Shown here: one piece after another, positions 39,271 through 48,368 of the stretch | Position numbering within the stretch: position 1 is the first letter of the stretch | Layout of the letters: each line of letters opens with the position of its first letter | Source of the DNA: SAR86 cluster bacterium | GTDB lineage: Bacteria; Pseudomonadota; Gammaproteobacteria; Magnimaribacterales; Magnimaribacteraceae | Direction of reading: 5' to 3' | NCBI GenBank assembly: GCA_022447025.1 | Contig: JAKUUL010000001.1 | Span: forward strand, 17,515 to 81,514 | DNA length: 64,000 nt | The notes under the pieces: generated by a model | Database searches by the model: none | Told to the model about the DNA's origin: nothing | Seen by the model: only the letters and a program-made list of their open reading frames with translations | Translations under genes and position numbers: made by a program

Positions 39271-40848
39271 ATGAATAAAGACGAAAGTCATCCAGACATT
39301 GGAGGACGATCAGCAAAATTTGCTCTCGCCATTTTGGTTGTTGTATATGTATTTAATTTTATTGATCGACAGATATTATCAATTTTAGCTGAAGAGATTC
39401 AGGCTGATCTTGGGATATCAGATAGTGGAATAGGCTTCTTATACGGAACTGCTTTTGCAGTTTTCTATTCAGTGGTAGGAATACCACTAGGAAGGCTAGC
39501 TGATGTTTGGACAAGAAAAAATCTTATAAGTATTGGCTTAGCAACTTGGAGTTTTTTCACAATCTTATCTGGAACTGCTAAGTCTTTCTTTTCTCTAGCA
39601 TTTTACAGAATTGGAGTAGGTATTGGCGAGTCCAGTGCCAGTCCTTCGGCCTACTCATTACTTTCAGATTACTTTTCACCAAAAGTGAGAACAACTGTCT
39701 TAGCTATTTATTCTAGTGGTGTTTATATTGGCTCTGGTATCGGTTTATTCTTAGGTGGGGCAATAGTGGAGTATTGGAGTACTCTTTTCCCAGACCCTTC
39801 CATGGCTCCATTTGGAATTCGTGGTTGGCAAGCAGCTTTCATTGCTGTTGGCCTACCTGGATTATTACTTGCACTTGTAACCTGGCAGATTAAAGAACCC
39901 AAAAGGGGATTGAGTGATGGAATAGAGACTACCCAGCACCCTCACCCCTTTAAAGAAATGCTCAAAGAAATGATTGGGCTCACTCCTTTTTCTTTAATGG
40001 GTCAAGAAAAGTTGGCTAAAAATTTAGTTGTTAATTTTTCAATTGCTTTACTTATTTTTATCCTTTGTTTTTTCCTTTCTTCACGAACAGGAGATATTGA
40101 ACAGTGGGTAGCTTTTGGGATAGGTTGTTACTTTATTGCTTGTTGGATTCAAAGTTTACGACTGAGGGATCCAGCAATTTTTTCAGTTATCTTTAGAAGC
40201 AAAGCACATTTATTTTGCTTATTGGGACTGCCTTTTATCCCTTTTGTTCAATATGCCCATGGAGCCTTTCAACCTATCTTTTACTTGAGAAATCATGGTG
40301 TTGAAATACTGGAAGTCGGAACTGTTTTAGGCCTTTTTACCGCAGTTGGCGGCCTGTTGGGTATTGTTACAGGCGGCTTATTAGGTGATAAATTAAGAGA
40401 AAACTACCCCAATGGTCGGCTGTATTTAATTATGGGCATTACCCTTATGATTGCCCCCACTTCTCTTCTTTATCTGTATGTAGAAAATTTATATTTTTCT
40501 TATTTTTGGAATTTTGCGTTTAGCTTCATAGCACCAATGTGGTTAGGTTTGGGCGTTTCAACAATAGCTGATTTAGTTTTACCAAGAATGCGTGCAATTG
40601 CAGGTGCTTTTTTTATTCTCATGTTAAGTATGCTAGGAATGGCTTTGGGCCCTTATCTTACAGGGGAAGTTAGTGATATTTTAATAGCTCAGGGAGTGGA
40701 TGACGGAGAATCAATAAGAACAGCGCTCGCTTTATGCACATGTGTTTTAGTAATAACTATCGGCTGTCTGTTAAACGCTTGCAGGTATTTGCCTGAAGAG
40801 GAAAAGAATAAAATTGAAATAGCCAGAAGCTATGGAGAGCCTATTTAA
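39271..40848 (+). CDS. MFS transporter (spinster-like, 12-14 TM)
   Basis: 525 aa. MFS loop motif GRLADVWTRKN. Polytopic throughout. Confidence 0.8.
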   Translation: MNKDESHPDIGGRSAKFALAILVVVYVFNFIDRQILSILAEEIQADLGISDSGIGFLYGTAFAVFYSVVGIPLGRLADVWTRKNLISIGLATWSFFTILSGTAKSFFSLAFYRIGVGIGESSASPSAYSLLSDYFSPKVRTTVLAIYSSGVYIGSGIGLFLGGAIVEYWSTLFPDPSMAPFGIRGWQAAFIAVGLPGLLLALVTWQIKEPKRGLSDGIETTQHPHPFKEMLKEMIGLTPFSLMGQEKLAKNLVVNFSIALLIFILCFFLSSRTGDIEQWVAFGIGCYFIACWIQSLRLRDPAIFSVIFRSKAHLFCLLGLPFIPFVQYAHGAFQPIFYLRNHGVEILEVGTVLGLFTAVGGLLGIVTGGLLGDKLRENYPNGRLYLIMGITLMIAPTSLLYLYVENLYFSYFWNFAFSFIAPMWLGLGVSTIADLVLPRMRAIAGAFFILMLSMLGMALGPYLTGEVSDILIAQGVDDGESIRTALALCTCVLVITIGCLLNACRYLPEEEKNKIEIARSYGEPI

Positions 40849-41290
40849 GCTTTTCTTTTAACATTTCTCCAAAAGAGATATTAAATACAGGATGTATTTC
40901 CTTCTCCGCTATTTGAGCTAAGGGCTCAAGTATAAAAAGATAATCTTCTATATCACTACTGGGCAATTCTATGCCTTGATCTTTCATAATAAGGTCCCCA
41001 AACAGAATAAGATCCAAGTCTATAACCCTGTCTCGCATACCTTTTTGATTAATATCTCTTCCAATCTTTTCCTCCAAGGATTTTAGTGTCTGAGTTAAGC
41101 TAATTGGATCTAAAGAAGTTTCAAAACCAGCAACTAAGTTAATAAAATCTTTTCCTTTAAAGCCCTCTGCCTCTGAATAGAAATTATCAGAATAGGTACA
41201 GGTAAAGATATTACTTAACTCTCTTTTAGCACTAGCTATATTCTTAGTAGCGTCTATGTTGCTTCCTATACTGATATAAGATTGAGTCAT
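40841..41290 (-). CDS. folK: 2-amino-4-hydroxy-6-hydroxymethyldihydropteridine pyrophosphokinase
   Basis: 149 aa. SIGSNI start, RVIDLDLILFGD. Immediately follows folB (1-nt overlap). Confidence 0.85.
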   Translation of the reverse strand: MTQSYISIGSNIDATKNIASAKRELSNIFTCTYSDNFYSEAEGFKGKDFINLVAGFETSLDPISLTQTLKSLEEKIGRDINQKGMRDRVIDLDLILFGDLIMKDQGIELPSSDIEDYLFILEPLAQIAEKEIHPVFNISFGEMLKEKLK

Positions 41291-41637
41291 TATGGGCGCT
41301 TGATAGTGACTCCCACAGATCTGGATCCTCTCAATGCCCCTGGTTTCTCAACTGTAACTACTATACTTGAGACAGGAAACTCCTTAAGAATGGTGTCAGC
41401 AATTTTTTGTGCTAGATTTTCTATGAGTTTACTCTTTAAGGTCTCAGCTAATTTAATAACACGTTTAGATATTTTTTTATAATTAAGAGAATCCTCAATC
41501 TTGTCTGTTTTTGCTGCTTTCGTAAGGTCAAAGTCCATTACTAGACTTATAGAAATTAACTGTCTTACCTCTCTTTCCCAATCATAAATGCCTATGACAG
41601 TTTCAACTTCGAGATCTTTTATGAAAACTTTATCCAT
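41290..41637 (-). CDS. folB: dihydroneopterin aldolase
   Basis: 115 aa. MDKVFIKDLEVETVIGIYDWER, C-terminal KPGA. Part of the tsaD-folB-folK string. Confidence 0.88.
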   Translation of the reverse strand: MDKVFIKDLEVETVIGIYDWEREVRQLISISLVMDFDLTKAAKTDKIEDSLNYKKISKRVIKLAETLKSKLIENLAQKIADTILKEFPVSSIVVTVEKPGALRGSRSVGVTIKRP

Positions 41638-41638
41638 A

Positions 41639-42640
41639 TTAAATTTCTGATAGATCCCATCGAGGCCTGATCTTAATAGAAGATTCCAAGTTTGATTGTT
41701 GAATTCTGTAAGATCCTGCCACCGCTACCATGGCACCATTATCGGTGCATCTTTCTAATTTTGGGAAGAATAAATCCACTCCAATTAGGTCTCTTTTGAA
41801 AGTATCTCTAATATACTGATTAGCAGCTACCCCTCCTCCAACAACCAACTGATTTAAATTGTTGTTCACAAGAGCTTTTGAACACTTCTTAACTAATGTT
41901 TCAGTAACGGCATTCTGAAAGGAAGCACTGATGTTAGCAATAAATTCCCTATTTAAGCTTTTCTGCTTTTTAACTAGATAATAAACTGCCGTCTTCAATC
42001 CACTAAAGCTAAAATCTAAGTGATCCCTGTTTATCATGGGCCTAGGTAGATCGTACTCAAAAGGACTCCCTTCTTTAGCCATCTTTTCTATTTCTGGCCC
42101 CCCGGGATAATTTAAACCAATCAATTTTGCTACTTTGTCGAAAGCTTCTCCTACTGCATCGTCCCTGGTTTGTCCAAGAATCTCATATTCACCAACATCA
42201 GTAGCTTTAATTAAAAGGCAATGTCCGCCTGAAATAAGCAATGTTAAGAAGGGAAAAGAAGGTGCTGGATCCTCTAAAAGGTTTACCAATAAGTGTGCCT
42301 CCATATGATTTATTCCTACGCAAGGCTTATTCCAACCAAGGCTTAAGGCTCTTGCCAAAGCTGCTCCAGTTAAAAGAGGACCCCTCAGGCCAGGTCCTGA
42401 AGTGTAAGCAATACCATCTATATCTTCAGAATTTAAATTTGCTTCCTTAAACCCCATTGAAATTAAGGGAAGTAATTTGGGAATGTGGTCTCTTGAGGCG
42501 AGCTCAGGGACCACTCCCCCGTATTCAGCGTGTTTTGAAGCCTGAGTATAAATTTGTTCAGTTAAGATAATATTCTTTTTACTGTCATAAACTGCCACTC
42601 CAGTTTCATCGCAAGAAGTTTCAATTCCTAATATCTTCAT
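41639..42640 (-). CDS. tsaD: tRNA N6-threonylcarbamoyladenosine synthesis protein TsaD
   Basis: 333 aa. ILGIETSCDETGVAV, INHMEAHL, VVGGGVAAN. Divergent from rpsU as in most Gammaproteobacteria. Confidence 0.96.
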   Translation of the reverse strand: MKILGIETSCDETGVAVYDSKKNIILTEQIYTQASKHAEYGGVVPELASRDHIPKLLPLISMGFKEANLNSEDIDGIAYTSGPGLRGPLLTGAALARALSLGWNKPCVGINHMEAHLLVNLLEDPAPSFPFLTLLISGGHCLLIKATDVGEYEILGQTRDDAVGEAFDKVAKLIGLNYPGGPEIEKMAKEGSPFEYDLPRPMINRDHLDFSFSGLKTAVYYLVKKQKSLNREFIANISASFQNAVTETLVKKCSKALVNNNLNQLVVGGGVAANQYIRDTFKRDLIGVDLFFPKLERCTDNGAMVAVAGSYRIQQSNLESSIKIRPRWDLSEI

Positions 42641-42693
42641 TCTTTCTATTCCAGAATAGTCATTTTCCTTGCAAATTAAAAAAAAGAAAGGCT

Positions 42694-42721
42694 TTGCAAA
42701 ATAAAAAGCCTTATATAGAAT
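42694..42721 (+). promoter_or_regulatory. candidate sigma-70 promoter of rpsU (TTGCAA-N16-TAGAAT) embedded in an 8-bp inverted repeat
   Basis: ggcTTTGCAAaataaaaagccttataTAGAATt. The -35 lies in the loop of hairpin AAGGCTTT/AAAGCCTT (42688-42712). A second TTGCAAA copy lies 24 nt upstream (42669-42675). Confidence 0.35.
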
Positions 42722-42746
42722 TGCGCGACTTAATAGAGATCAAAGT

Positions 42747-42962
42747 ATGCCTTCAATAAAAATTAAGAATAATGAATCTTTTGACGTAGGACTGCGTAAG
42801 TTCAAGCGTGCTTGCGAAAAAGCAGGAGTAATTCCTGAAGTACGAAAAAGAGAATTTTATGAAAAGCCTACTGCAGTAAGGAAAAGGAAAGCTGCAGCAG
42901 CAGTTAAAAGAGAAGCTAAAAACCAAAGAAAAAACCGTCTTGGCCGCCCACCTCGTTTCTAA
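42747..42962 (+). CDS. rpsU: 30S ribosomal protein S21
   Basis: 71 aa, basic. [23 protein letters not shown]. Confidence 0.97.
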   Translation: MPSIKIKNNESFDVGLRKFKRACEKAGVIPEVRKREFYEKPTAVRKRKAAAAVKREAKNQRKNRLGRPPRF

Positions 42963-42976
42963 CTAGTATCCTTCAA

Positions 42977-43432
42977 ATGACTGAAGAAAAAATAAAACTT
43001 CTTATCCAAGAGGAAGTAAAGTCCTCAATGAAAAAGGGTGATAGGGAGAAGACAACAACATTACGCATGGCTATTTCTGAGATTAAAAAAGAAGAAATAG
43101 AAAAAAAATCAGACTTAAGTGACCAAGAAGTTACATCCATTCTTCAAAAAATGATTAAACAAAGGAAGGATTCCTCTAATCAATTTAGCTCTGCTGGTAG
43201 AAACGAATTAGCTCAAAAAGAAGAAAGAGAAATAGAAACTCTAACGGAGTTCTTGCCCGAACAACTGGGAGAGGAAGAAATAAAAAAACTTGTAACTAAA
43301 GCCATTATCAATCTCAAGGCTGAAACTCCTCAAGATATTGGAAAAGTAATGGGTTCTTTAAAATCAGACTTACAAGGCAAAGCTGATATGTCACTAGTCA
43401 GTCAGTTAGTTAAAGAAAATTTAGCTAAATAA
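42977..43432 (+). CDS. GatB/YqeY-domain protein
   Basis: 151 aa. Lys/Glu-rich helical protein with KxGDxxxxxxLRMxxSxIK at the N-terminus. Sits after rpsU as in Pseudomonas (from memory). Confidence 0.8.
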   Translation: MTEEKIKLLIQEEVKSSMKKGDREKTTTLRMAISEIKKEEIEKKSDLSDQEVTSILQKMIKQRKDSSNQFSSAGRNELAQKEEREIETLTEFLPEQLGEEEIKKLVTKAIINLKAETPQDIGKVMGSLKSDLQGKADMSLVSQLVKENLAK

Positions 43433-43434
43433 GG

Positions 43435-44667
43435 TTACTGGCTTATATACCTGTCTTTTAACCTCATTGATCTGTTCTTTGCTGGCACAGATTCTCCTGA
43501 CAGGTAAACCTGTTCTACAAAAGATGTAACTTCTAAAGGATCTCCACTCCATATAACAATATCAGCAATGTAGCCAGGTTGAATAGAACCTCTTTTATCT
43601 AATTTAAAGACTTCAGCTATATTCTTTGTAAGTCCCTTGAGAGCTTCTTCCCATGGGAGGCCATAAGAAACTGCAATTCCTGCTCCTTGCCTACTTAAAT
43701 AAGCATTATGAGTTTCATGAGAACCTATTAAAATTTTAACTCCAGACTTATGTAACAAAGAAGCATTGTCTAACCTTGATCCTAACTCATTGAACGAATT
43801 TGGAATGTTATCTATTGGCTGCAAGATAACGGGTATTTCAGCCTCAGCTAATTGTTTTGATACCCTCCATCCTTCTTCAGCTCCATTGATAATGAGATTG
43901 ATATTGTTAGTTTTAGCAAAATCTATCAAAGTTAAAATAACTGAAGCGCGGTTGGCTCTGACAACTAAAGGTATTTTTTTATCAACTACCTTTTTAAGAG
44001 CTAACAAGTCCCTGCAGGAGTAATTAACCCCATCAGGTAAAGAAGATTTATTGTGATGCATTTCTAAGCATTCTTTAAGCTCAACAAAAGCAGATAAAGT
44101 TAAGGAATCTCCAAGTAACTGAACTTTTGCTGCCATGGAATCCTCACCTCCGCCAATGTTCGCAGACAAAGCAATATTTGAACTGATAAGACTTTCTTCC
44201 AACGACCCTGAAAGAGAGAAAGCCGAGGTTAAGCCAGAAAATAAACCTGAAGAGCTTGGGCTAGTTAAACTTACAGTAATGCCTCCAGTTAAGTTATAAG
44301 GTATTAATGTTGAAGAAGGATTGAAGGCAGAATCAATACTCAAACCAGCTGAATAAATATCTGATCTATCATCTCTTGTTTCAGGAATAAGTTCTATCTC
44401 TACTATTCCTAACTGTGTTAGTGGAGCAATCAAGCCAGGAGAAATAACTTTCCCTGAGAGATCTTTTTCTACAGCTCTAGAAGAAACAATATTCTTACCA
44501 ATTCTAACTATCTTCCCATCTCTAATTAATATATCAGCCTTCTCAATGGTGCCCCTATCGGTCGCTGTGTGTATCTTAGCGTTCTTTAAAAGCAATTCGT
44601 CTGCCAAGGAAAAAGAGGAGATTAATAAACTCAAGAGACCAATAAATACTTTTTTATTTAAATTCAT
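43435..44667 (-). CDS. periplasmic amidohydrolase-superfamily protein lacking the HxH metal motif
   Basis: 410 aa. Signal peptide MNLNKKVFIGLLSLLISSFSLA. Where the family has PGxID.H.H it reads PGLIAPLTQLG. ATGA-coupled to the upstream paralog. Confidence 0.65.
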   Translation of the reverse strand: MNLNKKVFIGLLSLLISSFSLADELLLKNAKIHTATDRGTIEKADILIRDGKIVRIGKNIVSSRAVEKDLSGKVISPGLIAPLTQLGIVEIELIPETRDDRSDIYSAGLSIDSAFNPSSTLIPYNLTGGITVSLTSPSSSGLFSGLTSAFSLSGSLEESLISSNIALSANIGGGEDSMAAKVQLLGDSLTLSAFVELKECLEMHHNKSSLPDGVNYSCRDLLALKKVVDKKIPLVVRANRASVILTLIDFAKTNNINLIINGAEEGWRVSKQLAEAEIPVILQPIDNIPNSFNELGSRLDNASLLHKSGVKILIGSHETHNAYLSRQGAGIAVSYGLPWEEALKGLTKNIAEVFKLDKRGSIQPGYIADIVIWSGDPLEVTSFVEQVYLSGESVPAKNRSMRLKDRYISQ

Positions 44668-46046
44668 AGCCTGTCTCCTTCCGAGTTAATAATGCCTAAC
44701 TCAAAATCAGTAGCTTTGGGTGTCGAAGGATTATCCTTGTCATAAAGAAGTACACCATCTACAAAAACCTTTTCGGTTTTAGTGTAAACACTGAAGGGGT
44801 TCCCATCCCAAATAACTACATCAGCCATCTTGCCAACCTCTAAAGACCCTACTTTGCCAGCAATGCCAAGTGCTTTAGCAGGATTTAAAGTGATCCATTG
44901 AATAGCTCTTGAGGAAGGAATATCAAGCCCAGCCCTATTGCCTGCTGCCATTGCTTTTGCTGCTTCTTGATTAAGCCTTTGAATTCCTACTGAAGAATCA
45001 GAATGAATAATAGCGCAACCATTACCGCCATTAGCTTGATCAACTATAGCAGCGTTTTCCCAAACCATATCAAACGCTTCGTGCTTAAAACCCCACCAGT
45101 CGGCCCACATTGCTGCACAAACACCATTTTCAGCTAAGATATCAGCAACCTTATAAGCCTCAACTGCATGGTGGAAAGTTGTGACTTTATAATTAAATTC
45201 TTTAGCTATATCCAACATCACAGCCATTTCTTCACCTCTATAACAATGATTTTGGATTAAGATCTCACCATCAAGAACTCCGACCAGTGTCTCGAGCTCA
45301 AGATCCCTAGTTGGAGCATACTCCAACTCCTTTGCTTCTTCTGATTTAGATTCGTATTCAGCTAATTTATTTCGATAGCCCTGTGCTCTTATCCAAGCTT
45401 TACGATAACCTGCTACATTACCCATACGAGTTGAAGGCTCGCTATTTCTTCCTCCATAAACCCTCTTAGGGTTCTCACCACAAGCCATCTTTAAGGTATA
45501 AGGAGCACCTGGAAATTTCATGCCTTGTACTGTTCTGGACCAAATATTTTTAAGAGTAACCCCCCTACCCCCTATCAAATTAGCCGATCCAGGTAAGACA
45601 TGAAAAGTAGTGATTCCGCCCTTCAATGCAAGTGGCATTTGAGGGTCTTGAGTCCAAACTGAGTGCTCAGCCCAAACATGAGCTGTAACTGGACTCGTTG
45701 ATTCATTGCCATCAGAACTAGATCTTAGACCTGGAGCAGGATAAACCCCCATGTGAGAATGAATATCAATTATTCCTGGAGTAACCCATTTTCCATTTGC
45801 ATCTATTGTTTGTGTGTTAACCGGTTTATTTAAATCTTTTCCTATTGCTTTAATTTTATTAGAAGATATTAAAATGCTACCCCCTAAGATTTCATTACCT
45901 GTTCCCGTAAGAATTCTTGCATTCTCAATAAGAATGTCACCGCTGTTACCCGGTTGGTAAGTTGATTCAAAGGCTGTAGTTTCTTTTGAACTTAATGTAA
46001 GAAACGAAAAAGTTCCTATAAAAACTATAAATATTAATTTCTTCAT
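44664..46046 (-). CDS. periplasmic amidohydrolase (imidazolonepropionase/prolidase-like subgroup of the amidohydrolase superfamily)
   Basis: 460 aa. Signal peptide. Intact PGIIDIHSHMG, later TTFHHAVE and IIHSDS ligands. Confidence 0.75.
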   Translation of the reverse strand: MKKLIFIVFIGTFSFLTLSSKETTAFESTYQPGNSGDILIENARILTGTGNEILGGSILISSNKIKAIGKDLNKPVNTQTIDANGKWVTPGIIDIHSHMGVYPAPGLRSSSDGNESTSPVTAHVWAEHSVWTQDPQMPLALKGGITTFHVLPGSANLIGGRGVTLKNIWSRTVQGMKFPGAPYTLKMACGENPKRVYGGRNSEPSTRMGNVAGYRKAWIRAQGYRNKLAEYESKSEEAKELEYAPTRDLELETLVGVLDGEILIQNHCYRGEEMAVMLDIAKEFNYKVTTFHHAVEAYKVADILAENGVCAAMWADWWGFKHEAFDMVWENAAIVDQANGGNGCAIIHSDSSVGIQRLNQEAAKAMAAGNRAGLDIPSSRAIQWITLNPAKALGIAGKVGSLEVGKMADVVIWDGNPFSVYTKTEKVFVDGVLLYDKDNPSTPKATDFELGIINSEGDRL

Positions 46047-46657
46047 TCGTCTTCTCCAATATTTTTTAATGTGTTCTTCTCATTTTCATAACTTGCCATA
46101 ATTCCTTGATCTATTTCTAAATTAAGTCTGGCACCATCTTCTACTGTAAGGAGATTAGTGGACCTGATTGTCTCAGGAATAAGATAAACAGAAAAACTTT
46201 CATCACTTACTTTACCAACAGTTAAGCTTACTCCGTTTAAAGCAATATATCCTTTGGGGTAAATGTACTGCCCCCAGTTCTCAGGTTTATCTACTAAAAT
46301 TTCTACTTCACCTTCAGTATTACTTAGGCTTGCTTTGCATGCACAACTAATATGCCCTGATAATAAGTGCCCGCCTACTTCATCACCAAACTTTAGTGAC
46401 CTTTCTATATTTACTTCTGAATTTTTATTTAGGTCTCCAAGATTAGTTACTCTTAAAGTTTCTTTTATTACATCAAATGAAATTTGATCATTAGAATATT
46501 CTGTTACTGTTAAGCAAACTCCATTAACAGCCACACTTGCTCCTTCTTTTAAGTCCTTATTAAAACCCTCTGGTACTTCAATTTGTAACCTCTGTCCTTC
46601 CGTGGAAGGAATTTTTTTTGATATAAGCCCCTTGGCTTCTACAATTCCTGTAAACAT
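46043..46657 (-). CDS. ribE: riboflavin synthase (alpha chain)
   Basis: 204 aa. MFTGIVE, duplicated lumazine-binding repeats (GASVAVNGVCLTV / IALNGVSLTV). Confidence 0.95.
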   Translation of the reverse strand: MFTGIVEAKGLISKKIPSTEGQRLQIEVPEGFNKDLKEGASVAVNGVCLTVTEYSNDQISFDVIKETLRVTNLGDLNKNSEVNIERSLKFGDEVGGHLLSGHISCACKASLSNTEGEVEILVDKPENWGQYIYPKGYIALNGVSLTVGKVSDESFSVYLIPETIRSTNLLTVEDGARLNLEIDQGIMASYENEKNTLKNIGEDE

Positions 46658-46659
46658 TT

Positions 46660-47286
46660 CTAACTCTTCAAAGAAGCTTTAAGCTTTTTAGCAATACCGC
46701 TTTTATCCGAGGTTTCTAAATAAACAACAAGATTTTCTAAATTCGAGATTGAGAAAATAGGTATATTTAATTCATTTACTAATTTCTTACTTACTTGCTC
46801 CCCTTCGTCTTGTTCTTGTCTATCCAAAGCTATTAAGGCAGCAGAAATAGTTCCCCCCGCTTCTTGAATAAGTTTTATGGAATTTTTTAGAGCAGTTCCA
46901 GCAGTAAGAACATCATCAATGATAAGTACTTTCTTATTCTTCACTGACCCAACCAGAGCGCCACCTTCACCATGATCTTTTTCTTCTTTTCTATCAAAAC
47001 AAATGGGGATTTTTTTAGAAGCTTTCTGATTGAGTACTGTTGCTACTGCAGCAGCTAAAGGGATGCCCTTGTAAGAGGGACCAAAAATTACATCGTAATC
47101 TACATTGCATTCAGTAATCTTTTCACTATACATTTCTGCCAATTCACCTAAGTGACCAGATTCTAAAAATTTAGCGATATTAAAGAAATAAAGACTTTCT
47201 CTACCTGACTTAAGGGTAAATTCCCCAAATAAAAGAGCTTCTAGCCCTATTGCTAACTGTAGGAATCTTTTTTCTATATCAGTCAT
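46660..47286 (-). CDS. pyrE: orotate phosphoribosyltransferase
   Basis: 208 aa. FGEFTLKSGR, PRPP motif VLIIDDVLTAGTA. Confidence 0.95.
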   Translation of the reverse strand: MTDIEKRFLQLAIGLEALLFGEFTLKSGRESLYFFNIAKFLESGHLGELAEMYSEKITECNVDYDVIFGPSYKGIPLAAAVATVLNQKASKKIPICFDRKEEKDHGEGGALVGSVKNKKVLIIDDVLTAGTALKNSIKLIQEAGGTISAALIALDRQEQDEGEQVSKKLVNELNIPIFSISNLENLVVYLETSDKSGIAKKLKASLKS

Positions 47287-47372
47287 AACCTTCTATGAGA
47301 ATCTAATAAATATTTATCTTAAGCAAGTATTGTAATTGTTTCCATCCTAGAATAACCTCATTTTAAGAAAAC

Positions 47373-47990
47373 ATGGCAAAACTTATAGTCATAGCAGCTC
47401 CTTCTGGTGCTGGTAAAACTTCACTTATTAAAGCTTTATTAGAAGAGGCTAAAGAGCTTAAGTTTACTCTTAGTATCTCTTATACGACGAGAGAAAAAAG
47501 AGTAACTGAAAAACATGGTGAATCTTACTTTTTTATTAGTAACAAAGAGTTTGAGCTTATGATTAAAGGAAAAGAATTCTTAGAATATGCTGATGTCTTT
47601 GGAGATTTAAAGGGAACAAGTAAATCTTGGGTTGAGAACAAAATAAAAAAAGGTTGGAATGTTATTCTTGAATTAGATTGGCAAGGAGCAAGCCAAATTA
47701 AAGAAATTTACCCAAATTCCAAAACAATATTCATCTTGCCACCTTCTTATGCGGATTTAAAAACTAGGCTAAATAAAAGAGGATTGGACAAAAAAGAAGC
47801 TATTGATAGCCGTTTGGCAGAAGCAAAGGAAGAAATTAAGCAGGGTCAAAAATTTGATCACCTTATTGTGAATGATAAATTTGAAGAAGCCTTAACTGAT
47901 TTAAAATCCATAATAGTTTCTAATAAAGCATTAACAGAGGAAAGAAAAGAGCTAGTGAGCTCTTGCCTAAAGGGTTTAATGGAAGAATAG
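47373..47990 (+). CDS. gmk: guanylate kinase
   Basis: 205 aa. APSGAGKTSL, SYTTR. Confidence 0.96.
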   Translation: MAKLIVIAAPSGAGKTSLIKALLEEAKELKFTLSISYTTREKRVTEKHGESYFFISNKEFELMIKGKEFLEYADVFGDLKGTSKSWVENKIKKGWNVILELDWQGASQIKEIYPNSKTIFILPPSYADLKTRLNKRGLDKKEAIDSRLAEAKEEIKQGQKFDHLIVNDKFEEALTDLKSIIVSNKALTEERKELVSSCLKGLMEE

Positions 47991-48039
47991 AAAGATATCC
48001 TGTAGAATGCGCCATTCATTTTTCTGAAGAAGCAATATT

Positions 48040-48312
48040 ATGGCAAGAGTTACTGTTGAAGACTGTTTAGATAAGGTACCAACTAGGTATGATTTGATTG
48101 TTTTGGCTGCAAAAAGAGCTAGGCAATTAGCTACAGGGGGTAGAAGAGCAACCTTAGAATGGGAAAATGATAAAGCTACTGTTATGGCATTGAGAGAAAT
48201 TGAAGCAGGAACAGTTACCCAAGACAACATAAACGAATTAACGGTAGATATTGCAGATCTTGAAGACGAGTTCTCTGAAGAACTTGCAGCAGAAGACCTA
48301 CCTGAAGAATAA
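48040..48312 (+). CDS. rpoZ: RNA polymerase omega subunit
   Basis: 90 aa. [17 protein letters not shown]. Confidence 0.96.
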   Translation: MARVTVEDCLDKVPTRYDLIVLAAKRARQLATGGRRATLEWENDKATVMALREIEAGTVTQDNINELTVDIADLEDEFSEELAAEDLPEE

Positions 48313-48368
48313 TAACAACCTTAATTAATTAATCTTTGGGTTAAACAGCCTAAAAGAGTTTTATTTCT

